The notes below the pieces were generated by a model. It ran no database searches. It was given only the letters and a program-made list of their open reading frames with translations, and was not told the origin of the DNA. This document shows positions 41,369 to 54,025 of a stretch of 64,000 bases of DNA, piece after piece. A program made the translations under genes and the position numbers. The DNA comes from Lama guanicoe (lineage: Eukaryota): the NCBI GenBank assembly GCA_013239625.1, contig MU054575.1, positions 6,216,498-6,280,497 on the forward strand, given 5' to 3'. The number at the start of each line of letters is the position of its first letter. Within the stretch, counting starts at the first letter, position 1.

Positions 41369-44300
41369 GGCCAGGCCGGGGGCGGGTCGGGGACCCACGG
41401 AGCCCCGACGGGAACCGACGGCGCCGCTGCTCCCTCCGCGGGCTCCCGCGCGGCCCGCTTCGGCCCGGCGGCGTCAGCGCCCGCCCGCCAGTCTGTCCGG
41501 GACAGACCAGAGAATCGGCGGGGCCCGGGCGGGGCGGGGCGGGGGCGGGGCAGCTGAGGTCCCGCCCCCTCCCACGGCGTCAGGCCCGCCCGCCCCGCGT
41601 CGGCTCCCCCTGGCGGCGGGGGCGGCGGCTGCAGCTGGAGGAGGAATGGGGCGCGGGCACGCCTGGACCCGGGCAATTGGCTGGGAGCTGAGCTGAACCC
41701 ACTCGGGGTGGGGGGAGAGCGCGTGTCGATGAGGGGATCTGTTGGGGTGCGGCTGAAGGGACTGGGTGTAGAGGGCTGTGCTGAAGACCGGCCGGGGTCA
41801 GCACGCTAAGTTTTCTCAGGGGCGGGGGCGGGGTACTTCTGGAGGGCAAGACTTGGGCCGAGGGGCGCAAAGACCTGCCACCCACTCCACTCCTGCAGCA
41901 CTTAGCTGAGTGCTGGAAAAGCCACTCCCACCCCTCTCTCTGCCCTCACTTCGCCTCTCCCCCCCACCCCCACCATTGAGGACCCAAGCACCCTGGCTTT
42001 CCAGAGCAAGCCATCGAACAGCCCCCTTCTTGTTCCACGGACCCCCATGACCCAGCCTGGAGCCTGTCCCTGTGAGATTTCTGATTACAAACTGCTAAGG
42101 GGATGGCTGGTCTTTTTCCCAGAGGGGTCAGAGCCAGGTGGGTGTCCACGAACAAGGAGGGTTAAGGAGGGGCTCTGCCATGCTTGGCCCACAGCAGTGC
42201 CCTGAAATCTGCTGTGTTCCAGGGGTGGGAGCAGGGAAGGCACATGGGCACTGGGATGGGTGGGGGCTGCAGCCCCTCCCGCAGGGCTTNNNNNNNNNNN
42301 NNNNNNNNNNNNNNNNNNNNNNNNNNNNNNNNNNNNNNNNNNNNNNNNNNNNNNNNNNNNNNNNNNNNNNNNNNNNNNNNNNNNNNNNNNNNNNNNNNNN
42401 NNNNNNNNNNNNNNNNNNNNNNNNNNNNNTGGGGGAGGAGGGGTCAGACAAGGAGGAGCCAGCCCTGCAGGCCCCTTTGCCCCAGGCTCTCAGACCCTCA
42501 AGGGGAACCCTGCCTGGTGCTGGCCATCCTCAAAATCCCCAGCATACTGGGTCCCAACTGTAGCCTAACAGATCTCCTAGCCTTTGGCTGAGGCCCTGTG
42601 GGATGTGATTATTATCTCTACTTGAGGCCCAGAGAGGGGAAGGGACTTGCCCAAGGTCACACACAGCTTCCTGAGAGGATTTCAGCCCTCTGTCCTGAAG
42701 GCCGGCTTATGTCCTGCTTTTACTCCTTACCCTCGAGGAGACAAAAGAAAGGGGGCCAGGACTTGTGGTCTTTGTTCTGTCTCACCAGAGCAACAGAGCT
42801 ATACTCCTCGGAGACTCAGAGACCACGAGGTCTCATTGGGTAGAGCCATGCAGAGTGAAGATTGGCCTCTGCCTCTGCTGGCTTGGGTTCAAGTCTACCG
42901 GCAGAACCTAGTCTCTTGATGCCTCAGTAACCTTGTCCAGAAGCTAAAGGTTGTCGGAGAATGAAATAAGCAAATGGGTATGAGATAACCCCTGCCTATA
43001 GACAGGTGGGTATCTAAGGAATGGAGAGCAGGCTGTGGGAATATCAGGGAGGAAGGAGGAAAGAGCTAGATCAGCTCTGGGACAGGGGGACTGCCAGACA
43101 GTACCAGGGCTAGAAGGGCCTAGAGCCAGGGTGTGAGCTTAGGGATAGAAGCTCTAAGCAACAGCTCCTTGGAAAAAGGGATGGGAGCCTATTTCCTGGG
43201 CCTGAGCCTCTCTCCCTCTCCCTCCACCCCTGTGTCTCCTGAGGCCAGGGCAGCCCCCATTAGAGGGCTCCTTCCTTCTTGGACACTTTCTTCCAGCCTT
43301 TCTTAATGGTAATAGGGTTTCTCGGCAAGCAGTAATAGTGGAAGGAAGGCAGCCTTTCTAGCCTCTATCCTTAATTAAGGGAGCAGTCTCAGCCCACTGG
43401 ACCCTCCCCAGGGCCTCTGCTTTAAGGAGGTTCTGAAAGCCACTTTAGCTGCCCTCTGATGAAGGGGCTCCAGGACTCCAAGAAGGGTGGGGCTGGGGAG
43501 GCCACAGCCTGAAGCTGGAAGAATGAAGAGCAGCAGTGGTGGTAGGATCCAGTCCCAGGAGAGTTCAGGCAGGAAAGCAGGGCCTGGGATATGGTCTAGG
43601 AGCACTGACCTTGACCCCCAACCACCAGAAGTCAGCAGAACCAGCCCCCTTGAGGAGGCTCAGGACAGCTAAGTGACGTGCCCATGGCCTCTCAGCCTAG
43701 TGGGCAGAGGCAGGATTAGAACCCACTTCTTCCACTCCAAATTTCTGTGCAGGGCAGCCCAGCCTCCAAGATGGCTGCAGGTCATCATGGCCATCTACAT
43801 TAATTGTTTGCAGGGTAGGTGGCCATAGGAAGGGACTGGATGGGCAGGGGAGTCAGCCCTAGGAATCTGGGAGTGGCCTGGGGGTGGGCATAGGAGGTGG
43901 AGAGGGGGAGAGTCAGGAAGAGCATCCCCAGCTCCTCCCTGTCCTGCCCAGATAACCCCCAGGGGATACCTTGAAATTTGGACAAGACAGGAGGCCTTCA
44001 CACCAGCCTTGAGGGGAGTGGGGACAGGAAGATCATGGCTCAGGGTCATAGCATCTAAGGGGCAGAGCTAGGGCTGGGACCCAGGTCTTCACCGCTTATA
44101 GGCCCCACTCCACAACAAACTATGGTATATCCTCCCTCTTAACTATGTGTATCCCCAAGGCCCTATTCAATGTTCTGGTTCGGAAAGAACATACCCTCCC
44201 TGGTGGGGTGAGGTCAGGTGTGTTGGGGTGTGGTGGGGAATTTGGACTTGGATAAATTGCTTCGGCCATCAGGCCAAGGTTGAAGCCAGAGGCCACGCTG

Positions 44301-45449
44301 GGGATGGGGCTCTCTTAGAAAGGGTGTGTACTGTCTAATCTGCAAGAACAAGGGTCAGCCCTTCCCTGGCCTCCCCAGGCTAGCTGAAGGTTTGCTAAGG
44401 CCATATAAGGGTCTGGGGAGGGAGGAGGTGTTAACTCTGGACTAAGCCCCATGAGTCTGCCCCCTCCCTGGTCCTCTCAGGCAGAAGCTCACCTGGCAAG
44501 TACCCTTTGACACACACATATACCATTCTCAGCCTCTGCCTTCTCATTGTCTGTTCTCCCCAACTACAGGTAAGCCCAAAGTCTTGGGTTCAAGTTTGTC
44601 TGCAGCACCAGCTGTGCTAACCCTGGGCAAGTCTCAACCTCTCTCTGAACTCCACCTGCTGCAGAGGGTTCCTCTGGCATCCAGAGAGAGGATGTCTGTG
44701 AGGGGCTGGGACTTACTGATTCTCAGACTCTGAGACTCTGCTTCGGACTACAGATGGTGAGCCTGTTGTCTGTGGAAGCGTTCCAAGCAGAGCTGCACAA
44801 CGTTGGGCTGTTGTATGAGTAGAGACTTTGTGCCAGGGGGCCTGAGCTCCACCTCCATTTGGCTCTGTAACTTAGGGCTGTGTGACTTAATTAACACCTG
44901 TGGTAGAGTCATTGACCTTCCATGCATTTTCCTATTTAATCTTTGCCACAACCTTCCAAGGAAATGGAGGCACAGAGGAAGCCATTCATTCTTTTATTTG
45001 GTCATTCCTTCAAGCAATAGTTATGGAACACCTACTGTGAGTCTGACATAGGCGCTGAGAGTTCAGCAAGAATCAGGTAATTTGCATGATATACATGGAT
45101 TTGAAGCTGAGCAGGCCCATTCAACCATGGGCATCAGCAGTAAACAAGAGTCTCAGCCTTGTGGAGCTCATAGTCGAGAAATGGGAGCCAGACAATGAAC
45201 AAATGAATGAGAGAGACTGTTTAAAGATACAGAAAATCAAACCGGGTACGGGAATGAGATGCAGGGTCTGCTTAAGAAGGGTGGGCCAGGTAAGGTGCCT
45301 GTGAGATCTTAAGGACGGAAGGAGCCTTAGGACGAGGATCTGCGGGAGTCAGTTTTACTGGAACCGATTATGAGGAGCCTTCTGTAGGAAAGCTTATTAG
45401 GGTCAGCTGTTATTATTATATTTATTATTGTCAGTTCCAGCTCCTCCAC

Positions 45450-46480
45450 TTCCCAGCTCTTTACGTTGCGCTGGGCGGAGGGTAGCGCCCTGTGGAGACC
45501 AAGCCCTACGAGGGCGCTCCGAACAAGTTTTGCGCTTCCCGGCCCCGGCTCCGCCGCAGGGGAGGGGTGGCCATGCGGGACCCGACCCTATGAACTACAC
45601 TTCCCATAATTCCGTTCCCTGCAGCCATCTTGGCCGGTGGGCGGTGGCAGCCTGGGGTCTGACCCTTCTGGCCGCCTGGACGGCTCAGCTCACTCCCAAC
45701 CCAGGTCTCCATCATGGGGGGACCCGACCCCGACGAGTAGGGCTTCTGGTGACCTGGACAGTTCCTGCCCGCCTTCTCTACTCCTCTACCTCCAGGAGCC
45801 CGGTCCACGTGTCTGTCCCCGCGAAGAAGCCTGCTCACTCCCCGCTGGCCAAGGGCTGAAGGACCCAGACGTCCGGGGCTCCCACGTCTCTCGGGACCTC
45901 TGACCTGCACACTGTGCCCAATCCCTTCTATTTCCAGACAGCCCCTGATTTTGCTTCAGTGAGGACAGAACACTAGGTTCCCCGCAGGAGCCCAAATTCT
46001 GGTACCAGACGTTGAGAACACCAGGGTTTGGGGCAGGAAAGTTAACTGAGATAACGGACAGCCAAGCGCAAATCGCTGACGATTAGACCCTCCCCTAGCC
46101 CCTGCCCGGGGGCGGAGTGGGGGCGAGGGGCGTGCTGCGGGACTGGCCCTTTAAGGGGGTGTGGTCGGAGGGCGGGGAAGCGATCGAGACAGAGAAAGAG
46201 GCTTCGGCGGCGGCGGCGGCGGCGGCGGCTCGGGCGGCGGCCGTGGGGGACAAAGGGCGGGCGGATCGGTGGGGAGGGGGCGGGGCACGGCCAGGCCAGG
46301 CCCGGGGGCTCCGCATGCTGCAGCTGCCCCCGGGCGCCCCCGCCGCCGCCCTCGCCGCGGAGCCGCACGGAGCCGAGCGCACGAGCTAACCCGAGCCAGC
46401 GGCCCGGTGCCAGCCGGCGGGCGTCCCGGAGGCGGCGGCGCAGGGAGGGGCTCGACGCGCGCACGTGGCCCCGGCGGCCG
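45450..46480. promoter_or_regulatory. PPP1R14B CpG-island promoter/5'UTR, with an upstream ZNF143/THAP11-type and YY1 module
   Basis: AACTACACTTCCCATAAT at 45593-45610; GCCATCTTG at 45624-45632; GC boxes; (CGG)8 at 46205-46228. Confidence 0.75.
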
Positions 46481-46482
46481 CC

Positions 46483-48415
46483 ATGGCGGACAGCGGCCCC
46501 GCGGGGGGCGCGGCGTTGGCGGCCCCGGCCCCCGGGCCGGGTAGTGGCGGCCCAGGGCCCCGCGTCTATTTTCAGAGCCCGCCTGGGGCTGCAGGCGAGG
46601 GCCCGGGCGGAGCGGACGACGAGGGCCCAGTGAGGCGCCAGGGGAAGGTCACGGTCAAGTACGACCGCAAGGAGCTACGGAAGCGCCTCAACCTGGAGGA
46701 GTGGATCCTGGAGCAGCTCACTCGTCTCTACGACTGCCAGGTGTGTCCCCCACCCTGCGCCGACACCCTAAAATTGTTCCCGAGTTGGGTCGCCTGGGAA
46801 CCCCACCTTGAGCCCGTCTGTCACCCGAAGTCAATGGGCGCTCCGCTTCCGCGCGCTCCCCTGCTCTCCGTGCTCCCCGCCCCTGGTATATGCTCTTTCT
46901 TATCTAACCTAAGTCACTCCTTTTTTATCCGCTGCCCTAGACCCTGTTTCATGCCACTACCTGGTCTAGCTTGGAGTCCTCTAGAAACCTCAAGGGATAA
47001 CCTGGGCCTTGGACAGGAGATATGGGGTTCGTCTAGGCTGGCAGTGGAAGGGGGTCTACTTATTGCCTACTAGCCTAAACTGGTTAAAAGGTGCTAGCCT
47101 GGTTGGTGGGAGTACGGTTTTGCTTATTCTAGTGGGCTAACCTGGAACTCCATCTTTGCATGAGGGCAGACTAGCCCACTCTGGGTTCTGGTTCTCCACC
47201 CCATGACTCCTTCCTTGCTCCGACGGTGACTCAGGCCCCGGGGGGCAGGGTGGAGGAGTGGGCTTGCCCTGTGCTGTCTACCCTAGCCCAGCCCTGGAAA
47301 GCAGCTGGCTGCAGACAGTAGAGACGCTTCCTGGCGGGAGAGGGGTGGCGAGGACCCCCTCCCTCAGCAAAGCATGGGCTCTTTGTTTTCCCTTTACCAG
47401 GCCCTTCTCACTGACCCCTCACCCTTCACTTCCTCCTCACTCCCGGGAAGCTGTGACAGGTGTTTGGGGGAGGGGAAGGGCTGTGATGAGCTGAGACAGC
47501 TGGCCCCACCTGTGCTCTGGTTGAGATGGGGGGCCCGGAAGTTGGGGAGACACATCTGTGAGGTTCCCAGCCCAGGATCCCCAGCCCTAGTTGTCTGGCA
47601 CCCAGAGTGCCCAACTGGCAGGGACAGGAAGCTCCCCCCATCGGGCAGTTTGCCTTGGCACGAGCCTGATCTGTTTTCTTCCTTGGAGCAGCTGCCGCTG
47701 TCTGCTGGGCAAAGAGGGCTGTCTCCTCTGCAGTAGGCAAGGGCCTAAGCCGGGGAGCCCCTCTCACACCCTCTCTCCCAACTTAGGCCCTTGTCTCTCC
47801 CTCCTCCCCTACCCCCACCCCAGGAAGAGGAGATCCCAGAGCTGGAGATTGATGTGGACGAACTCCTGGACATGGAGAGCGATGATACTCGGGCTGCCAG
47901 GGTCAAGGTGAGAGTGGGTAGGAGGTAGCAGGGCCGGGTCAGGGGAGCAGGAGATAGCGGACTTCCCGGAGGCACTGCCCCTTGGGTACGCTAGCCTCTG
48001 GGAGCCACACCTTCTTTGATCTGAGTTAGCCAACTCTGTGATCTTGGGCCTCAGCTTCTGCCTCCATCAAATGGGGTTAATGGTACTTGCTTAGCTGTTC
48101 AGGAGCTGTGGCATCTCCTGTGCCTCAGGGTGGCCCCAGTGCCTTGTGAATGAGTACTGGTGAACTGTAGGTCCACGTTCTTGAGAACTCATAGTTACCC
48201 TTATTCCCCATGCCCCACTAGGAGCTGCTGGTTGACTGTTACAAACCCACTGAGGTAAGGAAGTGGTTTTCCCCAACGGTGGGGTGAGGAGCCTGGGGTC
48301 CTGTCATCTCTGGGTCTGGTCTCCCTAATGTCCTTCCTCCCTCCAGGCCTTCATCTCTGGCCTGCTGGACAAGATCCGGGGCATGCAGAAGCTGAGCACA
48401 CCCCAGAAGAAGTAA
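46483..48415 (+). CDS. PPP1R14B: Protein phosphatase 1 regulatory inhibitor subunit 14B (PHI-1), 147 aa
   Basis: Exons 46483-46740, 47824-47907, 48222-48254, 48347-48415. Strong Kozak GCCGCCATGG; RVYF PP1-binding motif; RQGKVTVKYDRKEL CPI-17 family motif. Confidence 0.98.
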
Positions 48416-48655
48416 GGGTCCTCGACCCAGATGAACGGTGGCTCCCACAGGACAATCGCTGCCCCCTGACCTCGTAGCAACAGCAATACCGGGGGGCCCT
48501 GCGGCCAGGCCTGGTGCTGTGAGCAGGGCTCCCCGTGCCCCTGGCCCAGGGGCCTCTTCCCTGCCCCCTCGGTTTTCCACTTTTGGGGTTTTTTTATTAT
48601 TATTAAACTGATGGGACTTTTTGTGTTTTTATATTGACTGCAGCGCGGGCCCTTT

Positions 48656-48661
48656 AATAAA
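48656..48661 (+). terminator. PPP1R14B polyadenylation signal AATAAA (ATTAAA also at 48602)
   Basis: AATAAA about 240 nt after the stop. Confidence 0.75.
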
Positions 48662-49144
48662 GCTAGGACACGCCTTTGCCTTTGGTGCAGTTAACAGGCT
48701 TGGCTGGTCTCTTTTAGGGGGGACACACCACTGTACAACTGCTGCCAGCTCAGCTTCTCCCCAGGTGACCGCAGGCCTTCCTGAGGGCCATGTAGCCATG
48801 GCGATAGCCCAGTGTTGGCTCCCAGACCAGGAGCTGGAAGTGGCTGGGGAGCTGGAGAGAGCGGTGTTGCTGTTGGCAGACAGGAACACTCCTTTTTCCT
48901 TGCATAAGGGCCACCATGCCATCTTGGGCTTGGCCTACGTGACCTCCATGCCATGGAGCCTCAACCCCAAGGCCCTGCAGCCAGGGAAGGAGAGGGAGGG
49001 ATGGAAGGAGGCTGAAGCTGTGGTTTCTAAGTCTCTTAGGGCCCACAAACAAACACAGGCTCACTTCATGGGCTTTTAAAGTTTTTTTTTTTAAACAGTC
49101 TGGTCCCTGATGGGGGGCCTCTCTGCTGCCCCTCCCCAGTTTGG

Positions 49145-50417
49145 CTACAGTTCTGAACGACGCTCAATTTTGAGCAGCTCCACCTCGAACACCAGGGTTG
49201 CACCACCTGCAGGGGAGAATTGGGGTCAGAATGAGAACCAGGGCCACAGGGAAGTGGAGTGGGTGCAGGAGACAGAGGGCAGGAAGGTTAATTACCTGGA
49301 ATCTTTGGGGGAGCTCCCCGCTCTCCGTACCCTGTCAAAGAAGTAAAAAGAAACAGTGAGCTGTGGCCAGGCAGAGGTGTTCTGCAACAGCCAGGCCTCT
49401 GCCCATCCCAGCAAGAACATCAGAAATGGATAAGGTGTAATGGGGATGGGAAGGGGCTGTGAAAGATCTGGTAGAGGGCAGAGGGTGGCACCAGAGCCCT
49501 GTCCTCATTGCTAGACACAGCTAGACTTGCAAGAGGCATGTGTTGAATGGATTGAGTGGAAATCAATGCAGAGGCTGAACCAGCCTTCACCCTTACCCAG
49601 ATACACCCCCAAACTCCTCTACTCCCCCTCAGGAAGGGCCTCTTACCCAGCTCGGATGGGATCACCAGTTTCCGCTTTTCCCCCTCACACATCCTGCAGA
49701 ACAACGTATGTTCAGCATATGGCAACACCAGGTTCCCTGCTCCTCTACCCCATCCCTGGGACTTGCCTCCCACAGTTTACATCCTGGACTACAGCCATGG
49801 CCCCNNNNNNNNNNNNNNNNNNNNNNNNNNNNNNNNNNNNNNNNNNNNNNNNNNNNNNNNNNNNNNNNNNNNNNNNNNNNNNNNNNNNNNNNNNNNNNNN
49901 NNNNNNNNNNNNNNNNNNNNNNNNNNNNNNNNNNNNNNNNNNNNGCCAGTGAGGAGGAGGGTCTGCTCTGACATCCCCACCCCGAGGTGCTTTTCCCATC
50001 AAGATGGCCCTCCAGCATCCGTGGCCATAGACCTAGAAGGGGACAGGACCTTGGGCAGCTCACAATTACACTGCCACTGCCTGCTGATGCCACCCTGGGG
50101 AGTAGACAGTGAACAGCAAGATAGAACCATGGAAAGTGGCAGGTGAGACTTGCCCAAGGTCACCCACCTTGTTGGCAGAGGAACCTGGCTCCCAAGTCTT
50201 TTCTGGTTCCCAGAAGCCCCACCGGCCCCCCAAAGCTCCATTCCTCACCCACCGTGTAGTGCATGTGCAGGACGTCCCCCTTGCGCGATTTGATGGGACA
50301 GTGGTCTACCCGCTTCTTGACCCCGATCTGCAGCTTCCGTTTGCCCTCGGCCCCAGCAGCCGTGACCAGGGCGCTCAGGCAGATGGACAGCACTGTCAGG
50401 ACCCAGCTCAGCCTCAT
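49145..50417 (-). CDS. FKBP2: ER peptidyl-prolyl isomerase FKBP2 (FKBP13); one exon hidden in an N gap
   Basis: Exons 50417-50253 (signal peptide, [16 protein letters not shown]), [exon inferred in gap 49805-49944], 49693-49647, 49331-49296, 49206-49145. C-terminal ER-retention-like RSEL. Confidence 0.95.
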
Positions 50418-50559
50418 GTCTCTGTGGGGACAGACCCCGACCGACCAACCGGGGAGGAGGGCGGGAAGAGTATGGAATACAGGCAGGTTCTAGTAGGATT
50501 CCACCCCACCATACCTTGCCTGCCCCTGGGGATCCCCTTCTCCCGGGTCACCGCCCCCT

Positions 50560-51960
50560 CCCCCAGGCTCCGCGGCCACACTTACCAGTCCAGTGAGAAG
50601 GGGGCTTGCCCGAGGACCCCAGCAGCGGGGGGAGGGGGTCAGGGGAGGCCACAGCAGCCAGGGCCCCGCCCCTTTGCTCACCCCCAGCCATTCCTTCCCT
50701 CCCGGTCCCCGGCTCCGCTCTTCAATTCCCACTCGTCCCTTTCCGCAAAGTCCAGACCCTATCTGGCTGCACAGCAGTTGCCCCAACCGGGCGACCCCAT
50801 TCACGCCACACCCAATTGCCCCCCGCCCAGCACACCCACAAGTCTGCGGCCGCCGCAGGGGGCCGACCTCGAGGCACCCACACATCGCCACTGGGTGGCT
50901 CTGAGGAGCCCCGGTCCTCCGGGGGTACCCCCCAGTCCGGCCCTGTGCCTCCACCCGGGACGCCGCCCCAGCTCTGAGCCCTTGGGGGCCGGCGGGGAAC
51001 CCAGATTGGTCCCGTGTCGGGTGGCTGCCGGGCCCGCTCCACCCACACCACCTCTCCTGGGGGAGTTCTCGGCCTGCCGCGTCCCCAGGCCCGGCCACCA
51101 CGGAGACCGCCCCCGCGTGGGCGCCCCGGGCCATTACCTGCGCCTACCCCTTCGCTTGACTCCTTGGCCCCACCCTTTAGAGGGCGCAGTTCCGCCCCCG
51201 GCCCTGGAGCCCCGCCCCCAAAAGAACTGGATCCCTTTTCCTGAACTGTAGCCACGCCACTCACCAGATGAAGTCCCGCCCCCAGCGCCTGGGCGCCTTC
51301 CCCCTCGGTCTCCAAACCCGAGACTCCTCCTTCCGTCAGTTTCGGCTCCTCCTCCAAGGACCAGGCTCCACCCCCAACCAGTCCTAACTCCGCCCCCAGC
51401 CCCGGAGCTCCGCCTTCCACTAGCACCAGTTCTGAGGTCCCACCCCTCTCAGTTCCACGTCCCGCCCCGACTCCCGGAGCCCCGCCCCGTGCGGCGTGAG
51501 AACCCTTCCCCTGCGGCATCCCCAGACAGCTCTGACCCCCAGCCCCCAATTTCCTCGTAACCTATCCCTCGTTGACACTCGGAGTTCCGGCCCGCTCCTG
51601 TCCCGCCTGATCCAGCTTGCCCCCTTTGCACCCCGGCTCCCTCCAGCCCGGGCTGTGGCCCCCGCTCACCTCCTCGCCGCGCCCCCGGAGCCAACCCCAG
51701 TCGTGCTGCCGTCTCTGCGCAGGCGCGTCATCGTCGCCACCGCCGGGCCACGCCGCCCGCCTTCATTGGACGGTGCGAAACCCACTGCCACACGCCCGCC
51801 GGGGCGGCTTCTTCTTTAGCTCCGCCCCCGCACCCACCGCCTTGTGACTTCTACGTCACGTCCGGTGAGTCTATAGTCCGTAAGGTTAGGTGAAAGTGAC
51901 TTCCGAAAGGGCCGAAGGTACTTCCGGCTGAGGTGAAATTAAGGTCAGGCGGGCGCAGGT
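50560..51960. promoter_or_regulatory. FKBP2 CpG-island promoter(s) and non-coding first exons
   Basis: Many GC boxes; CRE-like TACGTCAC at 51852; ETS ACTTCCG at 51899 and 51920; candidate minus-strand donor CTG|GTAAG at 50586/50585. Confidence 0.7.
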
Positions 51961-53629
51961 TCCCGGAGGGGGCCTTGAGATGCCATTTCGTGTTGCCCCC
52001 AGCCTTTCCCATAGCGTTCCTGTTGCCCCTGGGCCTCTTCATTATCTATAACCCTCAGTTAGTTGCTGTGGAAAGAGCCTGGGCCTCAGGGTGAGGCCTG
52101 TTTGAATCCGTGGTTTGCCACTGACTGGCTGCGTGACCTTGAACAGGTTCCTTGTCCTATTAGGGTTTGGCAGCCCTATAACTTGGGCTTGCTAACATCC
52201 ACCCCACAGGGCCCTTGTAAGACTGCAGCAGTAATGTGCATCACCAGGCCCTGGCTGGCAGAGAATACTCTCTTCTCTTTCAGAGCATCCAGGCCTGCCT
52301 CAACCTGCCACACTGACCCCTGAGTCATGACTGTTAACAGTCTGGCTGGGTCAGTTCCCCAACCAGACTTATTTTCAGGCGCCTCAGCACCCAACACTTT
52401 AAATCTGTCCATTGAAGTAATGAACCTTCATTCAGGAAGGGAGGCAGCTAAACCTAAGCAACCTCAGCAAACCTGAAGTTGGTCAGCCTTTCTGAATCTT
52501 ATTTCCTCAGTTTTAAAAAGGAATCTAATTGCAGCACTGACCTCAGGATTGAGGACTAGGCGAGAGAGAACACCATCTGAAGCATTGTGCATGATGAGCA
52601 GTAACTGGGCTTGGGAGGCGATAGCTCTCCCATCTCTAACCTTCATCTGTCTCACTCTAATTGAGCACTGGCATTTTTGGTGACAGTATGGCTGAGAAAA
52701 CGTCTTGAAAATAGCAATTACTGTCAGGAATTGTCTCTCCTGGTTTAACCCCTCTTGCCCTGGACCCAGCAAGACCACCACCACACTGTCTAATCTAGCA
52801 CCTCAGAGAAGCCCTCTGTTAGGGTAGCTGCTTTTGGTTAACCTCTTCTCTAAGTCTTATGCTTCAGCAGGCAAAGCACGGGTACCCAAGGTTGGCCTTC
52901 AGTCCACCCCATCACCACTCAGCCCTGGGGGCACTGGAGGCTTCTGCAGGCAGAAGGCTGGTCACTAAGCTTGGACTGCATTAGATAAAGATCAGGAGAA
53001 TCCCAAGGTGCAAGGGAGGTGAGAGTGGAGAAGGCTGTGGTTGGGGTGTGGACCTGTCTCCCAAACCAAACCCACCAGCCACAGACCTTTGGTGTTTCCC
53101 TTTCAGAGGAGTGGGAGTAAGATGGGGACAGCGCAGGTGCATGGCTTTTGAATTAAGCTACAGGGAGCAAAAAGCTGCAAATAGAGGGGAAGATGGGTGT
53201 TCTTTTCTATTACGTGAGGACACTAACCTTCTTGGAGCCCAAGGGTCCAGATCACAGTAATCATCTGTTCCTGCCATGTGCATACGTGGGAATTGAGGCT
53301 CAGAAAAAGAGGGGCAGTGACAACCAAGATCATTCAGCAGATCTGGGTCCCACCTTAAGCTCACTGGCCGTAACAAGCTGTCTCTTTCCAGAAAGGAACC
53401 TTTGTGATGGGTAGGGGGGCAGGGACTCTCCAGGGCCTTTCATCATAGTGTGAATGTGAAGGATGCACCATTGTGGCTCTGTGAGCTGTTGTGGGGCCTT
53501 GGGCTTCATCTCTTCCAAGCTCTACATCTAGAAAGCAGTGTGAAGCAGATATTCATGCCCAAACCAGCCAGCCTGTCACCAGGACAGTGACAAACAGTGA
53601 CACAGGCAGGGACAGCTCCTTCCATCTCT

Positions 53630-53635
53630 TTTATC
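53630..53635 (-). terminator. Variant VEGFB polyadenylation signal GATAAA
   Basis: TTTATC on + strand about 390 nt past the exon 7 stop; no canonical hexamer seen nearby. Confidence 0.55.
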
Positions 53636-54025
53636 AGGGTTGGGGTTCACAGTTCTTATAATGAAGACCAAGTCCCAGTTTTTGCAGAGTATCAGGGTCT
53701 TCTTAGTGAGGGGACGGAGGAGCCAAGTGTAAGATGCTCACTTGCACAGGTAGTTAAAAATTGAGACAGGAATCCATTCTCTCCCAAGTTTGTACATGAC
53801 CCCTCTTGCTGCCAAGTCTCCTCATCCAACTCTGCCCATGTTGTTGGATGGCAGCCTCGGAAAGACAAAGGACAGCCGGAAAGCCCTCTGAGAGGCCCAG
53901 GTCCTCGAGGAACTTCCACCCAGGCCGAGGTCTTGGGGGCTGGACTGTTCTCACCAGGCTGCCCTTGTCCCCTTCTCAGGGGGCCTGTGAGGCAAGTGGC
54001 CCCTGTGAGTCTGAAAAGCAATGTG

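Noticed and set aside
50109-51549. 380-aa (+) and 275-aa (-) ORFs over the FKBP2 promoter
   Set aside because: GC-rich promoter artefacts; the apparent ELxLVxGGA repeats come from reiterated GC boxes (CCGCCCC)
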